This document shows positions 1 to 11,319 of a stretch of 64,000 nt of DNA, one piece after another. The notes under the pieces were generated by a model, which worked only from the letters and a program-made list of their open reading frames with translations, was not told the DNA's origin and made no database searches. Location of the stretch: contig NC_058380.1 in the NCBI RefSeq assembly GCF_018350175.1, forward strand, positions 4,278,001 through 4,342,000, given 5' to 3'. This stretch comes from Felis catus (lineage: Eukaryota). The position numbers were made by a program, and so were the translations under genes. Each line of letters begins with the position of its first letter. Position 1 is the first letter of the stretch.

Positions 1-99
1 CCTAACAAACAGTAGTTTGTCAGATACTGAACTGAGTCGGTTTACCTTCGGATCCCGTGGGCAATACCTAGGGCATCCAGTACCACTGATGAACACTTT

Positions 100-900
100 G
101 ACGCCAGTCTGACGTTCCTTCACACATGGAGAACTTGTCTTTCTTCCTCTCTGAACATTTTTGCAATCTTACCTTCCTCCTTAAAGCACTGAAATTTCAC
201 AAAAACATACCCACGGGTGTCTTGTTTTTATTAATCATGCTGGATCTCGGTGGGTCCCTTTAATACAGAGACACATACCTCTCCTGCCTCTGGAAATTAT
301 CTTCCTTTACTTTTTTGATAATTTCCTCTCTTTCTTTTTCTCTAACTTCTATTAAGCCAAATACCAAACCTCACAGGTTAATTTCTCATGTCTCTGTTCT
401 TGCATTTTGTTGGTCTTGGCTCTCCATTTTTGGGAAGATTACTTCACTTTATTCCCTCGTATTTTTTTACTGACATTTCCATTTCGGCAATTCTTTTTAA
501 AAATGAATCTAATAGCCCTTTTATGTAATATCATTGCTTCTGCATCAGCCATTCTCCTCAAGGCCTACCTTTTTCTTTCATGTGTCAAGTGTCACACACT
601 CGATGACCCGTGGGTCTGTATGTTCACTAGAGACGGGAACACAGGAGAACGGGAGTCGCTCTCCTCCACTCTTGCGTCACTGGGTATTTTAGGAAGGCCT
701 CTTCTCTGACTGGAAATTCTGAGCTTATGTGTGACCAAGATAGGCTTTACTTGACATAGGCAGAAAAGAACCTGATCGGTGAGCAGCAGACCCCAAAGAA
801 GGAGGAGGGCTTTGCAGTGGAACCAAACTCCCCATCAGAAGTCCTATTTTCTGAAGTCAGTCTCATATCTATGGAAGAATCGGCTTTTGCCCATTTTGCC
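100..900 (-). mobile_element. Ancient L1M fragment (ORF1/5' region), degraded
   Basis: T-rich sequence resembling antisense old L1 ORF1 (ctctggaaattatcttcctttacttttttgataatttcctct). Confidence 0.5.
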
Positions 901-2214
901 TGACCACGCGCACCAGCGGCCTCTCCCTCCAGGAGTGCGCACACCTGCGGTGGGAGGGTGGGGTGTGGGGGACTGGGGTGGGCGACAATTGTACACCCAG
1001 CCCTTCGACTGTACCTCGTTTGGGGAAACCTCATGTCTAAGTTTCTAAGCTCTAAAACAGCTGCTGACTCTGAGCCCCTGCAGAGTACAATGCCTCCCAC
1101 ATCTGCACAGGCCCCCTGGCAATACACGCAGGCTAGCGCTTTGCAACCCGTCTCATCTCCCAAACCCCAAAAGCTTTGTTGAATCTCGTTGGTTGATGAT
1201 CTCTCTCCCTTTGGTTTGCTATTTATTGGCGGATGGTTGGTTATACTTTTCGTCTCTTTTTGTTTTTAAACATTCTGTGCTTTCATTCTGATGAGGCTTT
1301 AAAATGGACAGAGAGCAATTAACAGTGCTCAGTGCCTGGTCTACCTTCTTGACCGGAAGCCTTCATCATTTTTAAGCTTATAACGGAAAGTTACAATGAC
1401 ACACAAAAATAGGACACCATAATGAAACGTCATGTGCTAATGACTAACTTTCCAGAATATTTTAAGCAAGTAACATTTGATAACTTGTGGCCTCTACAAC
1501 AATAAACTCTATTGAGCCAAGTCCTCTGTGACCGACCTATAAGGATGAGAATTACACAATATGTAGAAAATGCTTTGTAAGAATGAGTGTGTTGTATAAT
1601 TTGATTTTGTAATCGGGTCAAGAGTTCCTTGCAGTATCTGTTACATGGACTCTCACAGAAAAACTGCCCAGAAGGGGACACAGGACACAGTCAATCCTCT
1701 TCTGTAACAAGTAAGAGCGGCCCAGGAATCAGGTGTATGTGCTCATAGGTCTAGAGGCACATGAAGTCACCGGCTAGGGCAACCCCATCTTGTCCACCAA
1801 GTTAACAGCAATCGCCAGAACCCCCTCCCTCTTTTTAACATCTTACTCACAGGTAACTTAAAAGGTATATGCAATTTAATATAAATATTGCTTAGGCTAG
1901 ACTGCAAACTTCACACAGATTGTAAAATAAAATGTGATTTTAGAAAAACCATGAGCCTGTGGCAGACTGCTTGAACACCCTATGCGCACGTGTTCCTTTT
2001 TAGGTGTGCTTTGGTGGGAAGTTTGAGAAACGCATGCTGGTCAGGAGCAAAACTAGATTTCCAGCCCCATCATCCGGGTCTCTCGACTCTAAGTCCTGAG
2101 AGCAGAACCGGAAGTGTCAGCTTAACCCACCGACGCATCACCAAGACCTAGATTCAGTAATGCAAACACTAGGAAGGTTCGCCAGCTTACAGATGTAAAA
2201 CTCCACGGAGAAAC

Positions 2215-2440
2215 GGACACTTACCTGGCACTTCACAGTTTACAAAGCCGTTGTTAAAAGGTGGCGAAGATAATCAACTTTGCAACAGCTTTGCATATGG
2301 ATATTATCATCACTCTCATTTTACAAAGAAAGGAAAGCTCAGGGACCTAAGTAGCTGGCCATCATGAGCAACCTGCCACAGCTAGTAAATGACTTCAGCC
2401 CAGTCCCGTTTACGCCCAAACTTTCGCAGTGCAGCATGCA
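2215..2440 (-). mobile_element. MIR SINE
   Basis: MIR core-like attatcatcactctcattttacaaagaaaggaaagctcaggg...cacagctagtaaatg. Confidence 0.65.
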
Positions 2441-4369
2441 GCCGGTCTCCTGCCTTGACCATTCGCCCGTTCCCTTTGCGTGGCGTCTGGTTCTTGTTTG
2501 ATGGCCGTAATAGGCAAGGAGAATAATCCAAGGTTTTCATATGTGTGCTTTCAGCTGCTTGCATTTTCCAATTCCTTTGGGCCTCACCTACTTGCCCTCG
2601 CAGTGCTCCCCAAGCGGAGAGTGGATGAGAAGCTACCGGTAGGCATGTGTGCCCTCCCTCCTTGGTCGTGGCTGCAACTAAAGAGAGCAGCACCTTCAAC
2701 TTCCAGTTGGTGCCCAAACAAGCCTGTGTCTCACACTGGTTCACAGAGAAGAGGCAAGTGAAGGTCTCCACCTCCCCTTCCTGCTCTCTTCCCTACTCTG
2801 TGGAGGCTCCCCTCCTCCTCCTCGGGCCACTGCCCTAGAAGGACAGCAGTGTGGTACTGGCTGGTTCCGTCCCCTCCACCCAAATACCACACTCCTGCCC
2901 AGAAGCCCTGATCCTGGACTCACGGGTCAGTCCCGCCGTCCCCCAGCTTCAGCGACACGCTGTCCTGGTCTTCAGACATCGACGCCAGCTGACTCTGAGG
3001 ACGCCCTCCAGGAAGGTAGGATGAGGATCAGACCAGAAACCAATGGAGCCAACCTCCCCTTAACAATATCACCATCAGGGTTTCCTCATGCAGAACACGG
3101 TTTCTTTCTCTTAGCACACACTACTTCACCAAGGTTTGAATTAAGTGGGGCTCCAGCACGATCCACAGGCCTCTCCATCCCGTGTAACAGTTCGATAATG
3201 AAAACATCCTCTTTGCTTACAGTCAACTCACCGACTTAATTCACTCCTGCACTGGGAAGGGTGCAAAACTCGAAGTGTCCGCAAACCTCACGAATGTGCA
3301 AAGAGCCCACACGTACACGTTCACGCTGAGAATAGGACACTTCATACGCCGACTGTTGTAAAACCCCAAGCTTCTATTTTTATGCAATTATACCCATTGC
3401 CACCAGGTCACAGTCTTCTTTTGAAGGCTGGGGCGCCTCTCCAGCGCAGGCACTGCTGCATTCTAGGTCTTGTGAAAACTCCACACTCGCTCCGTGGCGA
3501 GGAGTCTAGCTATATCCAAAGACATCGCGCATAATTCAACAGCTACGCCTGGGAATAAGACGGACCGTGACAGGAGACGCTCCCCTGGGCGTTCTTCCAC
3601 CCGGGTCACCTTAGAGGTGACAGGACTCAGACAATACACTCTTCCCGAACGTCTGAGAAACTGTTCCCCCGAGCCACCTCGTAAGAGACGGCCTGGCCAG
3701 CGGAGTGGCTATCTGCCCAGACGGCCGAATGCAGAGGGCTGTGAGACGGTCGGACAGTGACCTGGTACTAACCCACGCAGTGACAGAGCTAAACAGAAAC
3801 ACAGCTTCCATTCCACTCGTTCATAACGACTGCAAAAAACACTCCGTTTCTTTTCAACACACAATTCTTCCAGCAATACCTTAGTTTTAGTTGGGCACCA
3901 ACGCCTTCAATGATAACAGTATATTTTATTCTATGTGATGAATATTAAAATGTCATGCTTCCGGTTCAGTCACCTTGCAGGTTTAACCCTAAAACTGTCA
4001 CTTATAATTACAAGAGGGAAAATGAAGTATTTATTGTACTTATTTTTTCAATTACATTATACAGAAATTAGGTGGAGGGAACACTTGACTTCAGCAGCCC
4101 CTTCACAACACACACCATCCAACAACTATCTGGCTTTAAATACTGGGGCACTGGGAAGAGTTCCTAAGAGTTTACATACAAGTCAGCAAACAAATCCCTT
4201 TCAGGTCTGCTCTCCAGACCTGTCCAAACCATGTCTTTAAACACTAAATTACAAGGGAAGCCAAGTGTCTGTCGGGCGGGGCCCACGGGCACGTGGAAGG
4301 GATCTGAGCCACAAGCGGCAGGAGCCACAAGGACACTTCCACTAAAAATAAAATTTCACTTCAGCCTAG

Positions 4370-4800
4370 TAAAGGTTATGCTTCATTAGCCGAGCCATGT
4401 TCTCATGAAGGTGATAAGCAACTAAAATGGACTCTGATTAGCACAAGAACAGGGGGGATTTCTGGAAGAATCTCAGAGAATCAACGAGGACTCTGGAAGG
4501 TGACAGGCAGTCACCAGGCAAACGCAACCAGCAACGACACAGTCAGACCCATGCTGGGGTGGGGGTGGGGGGGGTGCCTCTACTGGCCCCTGGAGAGTCC
4601 TGAGGAAGAGCCTCCCCCCGCTGCCCCACCCTGGAGTTCAAGGTTCCTATGGAGGTGGGGGGCAGGGAAGGGGGGAGGGGGAGCGAGCACCCTCTGGCTC
4701 CCTCCTTAGTGCAAACATGCCCAATGTTCTACTGGAAACTGGGGTGTTTTCAGGAAGGGGAATGGATACCAAGCAGCTGAAAGCAACAAATGTCTACTAT
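4370..4800 (-). mobile_element. MLT1 (MaLR) LTR, old subfamily (MLT1K/L-like)
   Basis: Ends in gaatggataccaagcagctgaaagcaacaaatgtctacta, resembling the MLT1K/L terminus. Confidence 0.55.
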
Positions 4801-5689
4801 CGACAATCAACGTCTAGCAATACTGAAATGTTTCTCAGTGTGAGTAAATCAATACATGTAAGCATATTCACACGGCCATGGCTCTCAAAGGACTCAAGCT
4901 AGAGGCTCCCTACAGGGCAGTAAAGGAATAAACACCTTCTGTTTGGGCTCTACCTAGAATTTTTGTCCAATTCAGATTGTGATCCATGTGAATAAAGAAC
5001 CAATCTGGGACAGACTCAGGGGTAGCCTACCAAGTGCCATATGTAGTTAACTGTCAAATCAAACACTGTCGTTATTCACCCACGAAAATAGACTTGCGTA
5101 CGATCCAAATAAATTTGCAAACTGATATTCATCACCGTGATATAGAAAACACGCTTGTCTCAATGCTTTTTAAAAGACCTAAATTTCATGAAGATTAAAT
5201 ATTATTATAGAAAACTCAATCTTTCCAACCAAAAAGGAAAGAGAAAGTAAATATTCTAACATGAACAAACTGCATAATGTATACACCGGAATTCATAGAT
5301 CTAGAAAAACCTAATGTATAAATCGGATGTAAAAACACTAATGTATAAATTGAAATTCATAGATCAAGAAAAAGCTACATATTAACAGTTCAAAAAGGAT
5401 ATATGTACACATATATAAATCTTTATTAGAAGGATGTCTCAAAACACTTGTCTAAAACGATAACGCTTCTAAGTTCCCACCTCCAAATACTCAGTTCTAC
5501 AGAACCCAGAAACCCACTTACATAGAGGGACTCGGGACTTAGCTGAAAGCACTTCTGTTTGTCTGCTGGAAATGATGCAAAAAGTAAATGTGAACTCACA
5601 GCAGCATCCGTCCAAACCCTATCATAAAATACTTTGCAACACATTAAATACAAAAGAGCGTGCTTCCAAATGGTGGCTGCGGTATGTGC

Positions 5690-6560
5690 ATTCGTTCGCA
5701 GACACGTTACTGCGTGCAGCCGGCACTAACCTCCCCGAAGCTTCAATCGAGGCCTGACAGCTACCAGTTCCAGTTCGCACGGGGTAATTAGAGCAAATGG
5801 CGGCTGGGCTTAATGTTCTGCTATTTCTTTTCGTTCTGGAATGTAATCAACAAGATATTAAGATCGCTTCTGCTCAGCTTTTCTTTAATCTCCACGCTGA
5901 CAGAAATAGACATTCAATCATCGGGCACCGAGCGACGAGGGCAGGTGCTCAGTCGGGTTCTCCCGACAGCCGTCCCCACAATCGAGGTCCTCACGCTTTC
6001 TGCAGGACGGCCATCTCTTCGGCGTCTGACAGGGAGACAGAACCTTCCCGGGGCCTCCGCTCCTCCGCACCTCCTAGGCTTCTGGACGTCTCCCGCACCA
6101 ATGTGTGCGCATCAGGGTGACCTGCTCTCGCGGGTCCAGGAAGGAAGAGCCGCGGCGGCCGCCCCCGTGCCGTGCTACCGTAAAACCCGGTGCCCCCACA
6201 CGGCTGTGGTGTGGCAGGACAACTCAAGGAGACGTGAGGATGGCGAGCGTGCGGCCCGGATTTCACAGGCCATGTGCCTGCGTTCTTCACGCATTGGAGT
6301 GTTAACTCTCCCGTCCTCACGGAGACTGTACAAACGTGTGTGTATTTAATCCCCTTACCCCCACACTTGCTGTGAGTGCTCTGTGCAGCCTCACTCCTTC
6401 CTGGGCCTCCAGACCGTCCCGTGACATCAGCACTGTCCCCACTCTGCAGTGAGACCGCCGGGACATCTCCGCCGTCCTCCCGGGTCGTCCCTCACCTCCC
6501 AACGCCGACGGCCCTCAGCTCAACACTCCCCGCACTTCATTCTATCATCAGATTTACTGC
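5690..6560. promoter_or_regulatory. CpG-rich intronic segment (CpG-island-like) with a YY1-type motif AAATGGCGGC at about 5795
   Basis: About 37 CpG counted by eye in 5881-6300, with high GC. Function not demonstrated. Confidence 0.4.
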
Positions 6561-6725
6561 CATCAAACGCGACTCCGTATTTTATTTGTCAGTCCGCCTC
6601 CTCGAACTACAATCCGTGAAGGCAGAGGTCTGGTCTCTTGTTTCCTGCTCTATTTCTCCAGCCACTACAAGCACCGAATACACAATAAGTACTCAGTAAA
6701 ACACTCGAACGACAGATGAATACAT
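6330..6725 (+). mobile_element. L2 3' end
   Basis: ccgtgaaggcagaggtctggtctcttgtttcctgctctatttctccagcc...aataagtactcagtaaaacactcgaacgacagatgaat resembles the L2 terminus. Confidence 0.7.
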
Positions 6726-7074
6726 GTCACAGACTTGTCAATCAAAAAGAATACTGGAAAATCAGTTCAGAATCCTAGGCACACAGTATACCCTAAAGAA
6801 AAAGGAGAACAAAATTCTGAGTACATAACATTTGCACCTGAACCTCAACTAACTACGTCCGTTGACGTGGAGGTTGATGGACAGAATAAATGGTTGGTTG
6901 GGTCAGGCTCTGTGGCTGTTGGCAATGGAAATCAACACAAAAAAAGAAATGTACTAGGTTTCTGAGTGACTCCAAGAATTACCAGCAATGCTGAAGGATG
7001 ACGTTCGAAAACACATAGGCAGCAAGACTACCCTAAACAGGAGGACAGCGCCCACACCAGAGGCCACCTCCAGT

Positions 7075-7152
7075 AAGAACTCTGCTGCCTGGGACTTGGA
7101 CAAAGAGAACTCTGCTTGGACAAAAAGAACTCTGCTGCCTGGGACTTGGACA
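7075..7152 (+). repeat. Short tandem repeat: two AAGAACTCTGCTGCCTGGGACTTGGACA units flanking one shortened unit
   Basis: Directly visible. Confidence 0.9.
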
Positions 7153-8238
7153 GCACCGGAAGGAACCCCCCATCCACTGTCCCAACCTCTGAGATCAGGT
7201 TTCAACACAAAATCTTGAGCAGAAACTTCAGCTAGCAGACACCCTCTCAGACCCATAGAGCAGGGACCCAGACTGGGAAGGGGGACCCGGACGCCCGGAA
7301 AGCCAAACAAAAGCAAAACAGGTTCACCACGACAGAGGTGTAAAACACACTTCCGTCGGTGGAACTAGCAAAGAGGAAGTTCTTCCTTGGAACGCGTCAG
7401 TCCCCCAGTATCTGCATTGCAAAGGCCTCTGCCATACTTGACTAGTAGTAGAGTAGTGACAAGTTCATTCTTGCACCGGGTGGGAGAATGAAAATCAATA
7501 TTCTAAACTTCACGTGTTTGAATGGCCATTTCAAGTGGCATTAGAAATGCTACACCTACTTAAGGTTGCACAAGATAAAGGTACCACTAAAATATTTTAA
7601 ACCCTCCCTGTCTTTGTAACTCAACAGAAACGTTTTTAAAGCATCAGAAATGACATGTGTGTCCATTCGTGAAGCGAATCATCAAAAAACTATCACACAG
7701 CGACCCAAATAACGGGGACGGGGAGGGGGTGACAGCTCCAGTTACACAGCAATCACTGACTCACAGAAATTCAGCTGTTCGCATTTAAGAAGAGTTTGAG
7801 CTCTTGGACTGACTCTCTTTCTACAGCTTTAATTTTGTGCAGCCACAAATTAAAGTCACTCCTGAATCTGACTCTACTTTCTTTTCTCTCTTCTAGGAAG
7901 TGTGAAAGGGCTGGCCAGGTACACTTGAGTTTAAGAAAGACAATCTGTTCCTTTCTTCTTCCGCCTCCTCAGGCTCCAGTGATGTGCACACAAAGCCCTC
8001 TCAAGGTCTGCAGAGCAGGGAAATGGTTTTGACACGCTCCCTGGAATCTCAAGAATGTATTCCCACGGGCACTGAAATAGGCCTAGTTTAAAACAAACTA
8101 TACCAAGAAAAGCAACAGACGCAGAATACAAATGTGCTAAACACAAACAAACAAAGAACAAAAAACTAATCCAAAGAACATGTAAACATAATTTCGGGGT
8201 ATGCCTCTTAAAACTCCTAGAAAATACAACATTAAAAA

Positions 8239-8282
8239 AACAAAAACAAAAACAAAAACAAAAACAAAAACAAAAACAAAAA
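8239..8282 (+). repeat. (ACAAAA)n hexamer repeat
   Basis: Directly visible. Confidence 0.95.
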
Positions 8283-8289
8283 CCCGCTT

Positions 8290-8520
8290 GGCTTCATTCA
8301 AGGAACATTTACTAAAAACACCTACCATTTAGCACACAATGGGGCTGCAGCCAGCCCACCAAATGGACCAGTTCCTTCCCTGGGCACACACACACAGGGT
8401 GGCAGGGTGCGGGGACACATGGAGGGCAAGATCACACCAGCAGAGACACAATTTGTTAAATCAACTAAACAAGGCCATGTGACTGACGTGGCTCCAAAGC
8501 CCTGGGAGCCCATGTAAGCA
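8290..8520 (-). mobile_element. L2 3' fragment
   Basis: ttcattcaaggaacatttactaaaaacacctacc resembles the antisense L2 tail. Confidence 0.55.
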
Positions 8521-8562
8521 AACCAAAACCTAAGCCTGTCAGTGTCTCAAGATTACAAAATC

Positions 8563-8783
8563 GGGGTGCCTGTGTGGCTCGGTTGGTTGAGCACCAACTT
8601 CGGCTCAGGTCGTGATCTCGTGGTTCGTGGGTTCGAGCCACATCACGCTCTGTGCTGACAGCTCGGAGCCTGGAGCCTGCTTCGGATTCTGTGTCTCCTT
8701 CTTTTTCGGCCCCTCCCCTGCTCGCTCGCGCTCTCTTGCACTCAGTCTCTCTCTCTCAAAAATAAAAATAAAACATTAAAAAC
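8563..8783 (+). mobile_element. Can-SINE (SINEC_Fc-like)
   Basis: ggggtgcctg...tggctc head with pol III A/B boxes, (CT)n tract, AATAAA and A-rich tail. Confidence 0.95.
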
Positions 8784-8789
8784 AATCAA

Positions 8790-8950
8790 ACTGCCGCCAT
8801 TTATTCCTTCCATCAGCGCAATGCCATAATCGAATACTCGGGACTATTATCACACTTTATAGATTAGGAGCGAGAAGCACAGAGAAGCACGCAAGTCAGT
8901 TTCCCCAGGCCACAGAGCAAGGATTCAGCCCACTCCAGGGCCACGCTAGG
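8790..8950 (-). mobile_element. MIR fragment
   Basis: attatcacactttatagattaggagcgagaagcacagagaag...ccaggccacagagc. Confidence 0.5.
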
Positions 8951-10186
8951 TGAGGTCAGTGGTTTTACAATAGCTCATATTTTCTCCATCTCTTTCTGAA
9001 ACACCGAACTAATTAATATATGACTGATTTCAAAGAAGCTCATTTTAACTCTCAGGCATTTTAATAACCACAGAGATTAATTTTAGAGGAGTCCTCTGAT
9101 TATTCCCTATTTTTTTCAAGTACTGGCTTCTGGCTGTGAATGAACAGGGAACTTCCCTGATCATGTTTAAAGTTGGCCACAGTGAGGCAGAATTCAAAAA
9201 TACACATATTAGGTGAATATTCTGAACTGCCTGAGCCGTGGATCCTGTCATGACATCAGGCAGAAGTTTGCTTAATAAAAACACTCGGCTTCCCTAAGAT
9301 AACTGTTTCAACAGGCCAAACCTGCAAGTTGAACAGAGACCCCGTAACTTGTCATCTAACAGGGTGACCAGGACCATTTTCAGATACTTCTTCTGCCTCT
9401 GAAATGCTCATGACCAAGTGTAATTATTAACAGGTCAAGGAATAAATTAATTCCAGGGCACTGGAAATTATGTTCATGAAACGAACAGTGGCCTTGCTGA
9501 CATAGCGTCACTATTTCTAGACAGCACACTTGAACATCAAATAAATCTCACATCGTGAACATGTGCCAAAAGCTAGTGACCTAGTTTCGTTAGGGTGGGA
9601 AAGGAATAGGCAATCTGTCCTTCGAGACCAGTACCAAAATAGCTTCCTAAAGCATAGCTTCGTGCTCTTAAAAAGTTGTAAATAATTTTTCCATGCAAGA
9701 GCACGAAAAATAGCTACAGTCAATATCCAATAATGAATTTCATTTGTGTAAGCCCGTAAGTTAAGGCTAGCTCTCACGATGCTCTATTTTCAAATCTTGG
9801 AAGAAATAAAGGATGAGGAGAATTACATAAGCAAGTATTTTCAACATCTAATAATGGCCACACCAGTAGACCAGCATTATTTTTGAGAAACTCCACAAAG
9901 ATAATTTGCTAACTCTGACAATTCCAAAGGAAAATGCAAGTAACAAAACTGTTTTAAGTATATCACACCTACATGAAAATACAAAGAACTCCTGAACTAA
10001 ATCTGGCACAGCAGACACTGGCAAGAGGCAAGAACAATTTCTTTTAGCAGAGACAGGGGAGGAAACGGGCGTGAAAGACATCAGGACTATGAAACACAGT
10101 TCCCGTGGGGTTTTCTTTCTGAAATAAAGAATGTGGAAAACAGGATAGAATTACCTCTCAGAATTCATTTTATAACAGCTACAAAC

Positions 10187-10413
10187 TTTTTTTTTTAATT
10201 TTTTTTTTTTAATGTTTATTTATTTTTGAGACAGAGAGAGACAGGGCATGAGCGGGGGAGGGGCAGAGGGAGAGGGAGACACAGAATCTGAAACAGGCTC
10301 CAGGCTCTGAGCCATCAGCACAGAGCCCGATGCGGGGCTCGAACTCACAGACCGCAAGATCGTGACCTGAGCCGAAGTTGGATGCTTAACCGACTGAGCT
10401 ACCCAGGCGCCCC
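10187..10413 (-). mobile_element. Can-SINE (SINEC_Fc-like)
   Basis: Full antisense copy ending ccaggcgcccc, with TSD caaacttttt. Confidence 0.96.
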
Positions 10414-10745
10414 CAAACTTTTTAATGTCTACATGACACTCACTTACAAAGCAACTCAAAGGTAGAAAATAAAAGGCTGCTTAAGATGTATTAGACAAGC
10501 GGCGCTCACCTGAACGAAGGGCTCATGATAATCACAACCGGGTACAATGGAATTCAAGGTAAAGACATTTCATGGGAAAACAAGGGCATGTCAATCCGAT
10601 GGAGTGGTGGAAACCATAATGAAGATGTGTATGACCTCTCTGGGCCCCCCAAAACATGGAACTGAACTATATTCAAGAAAGCTGACAGGAAAATGAGAAA
10701 TTGACAGAAGTACAATAGTAGTGGACACATTAACACACATCTCTT

Positions 10746-10968
10746 ATTTTTATTTTTATTTTTTTTAGTGTTTATGTATTTTTTGAGAGAGAGAGAGAGA
10801 GTGTGAGTGGGGAAAGTACAGAGAGAGACGGAGACACAGAATCTGAAGCAGACTCAAGGGCCTGAGCTGTCAGCACAGAGCCTGACGCAGGGCTCAAAAC
10901 CACAAGCCGTGAGATCATGACCTGAGCCAAAGTCGGCCGCTTAACCAACTGAGCCATCCAGGCGCCCT
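10746..10968 (-). mobile_element. Can-SINE (SINEC_Fc-like)
   Basis: Full antisense copy flanked by an acacatct repeat. Confidence 0.95.
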
Positions 10969-11095
10969 TAAGACACATCTATTAAATTTGACAGATAAAA
11001 TACACAAAAACTAAAAATACATATATAATTAATAAAATACACTTTATAAAACCTCACCTATACTATACAAACAAAAAGAAATACACTTTCTTTTC

Positions 11096-11319
11096 GGGGC
11101 ACCTGGTTGGCTCAGTTGGTTAAGCCTCCAACTTCAGCTCAGGTCATGATCTCTCGGTTCATGAGTTCAAGCCCAGTGTTGGGCTCTGTGCTGACAGCTC
11201 AGAGCCTGGAGACTGCCTGGGATTCTGTGTCTCCCTCTCTCCCTGCCCCTCCCCCTCTCACACTGTCTCTGTTCCTCTCTCTCTCAAAAATAAACATTAA
11301 AAAAAATTTTTTAAAAAAA
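11096..11319 (+). mobile_element. Can-SINE (SINEC_Fc-like)
   Basis: ggggcacctggttggctcag head, (CT)n tract, A tail. Confidence 0.95.

Noticed and set aside
3881-3988. Possible minus-strand exon bounded by AG/GT
   Set aside because: Stop codons in all three frames and no resemblance to AUH.
7075-7152. CRISPR-like repeat array
   Set aside because: Eukaryotic context, no unique spacers and no cas genes. It is a simple tandem duplication.
8563-8640. tRNA genes suggested by A/B-box motifs
   Set aside because: These are tRNA-derived Can-SINE heads followed by SINE bodies and tails.
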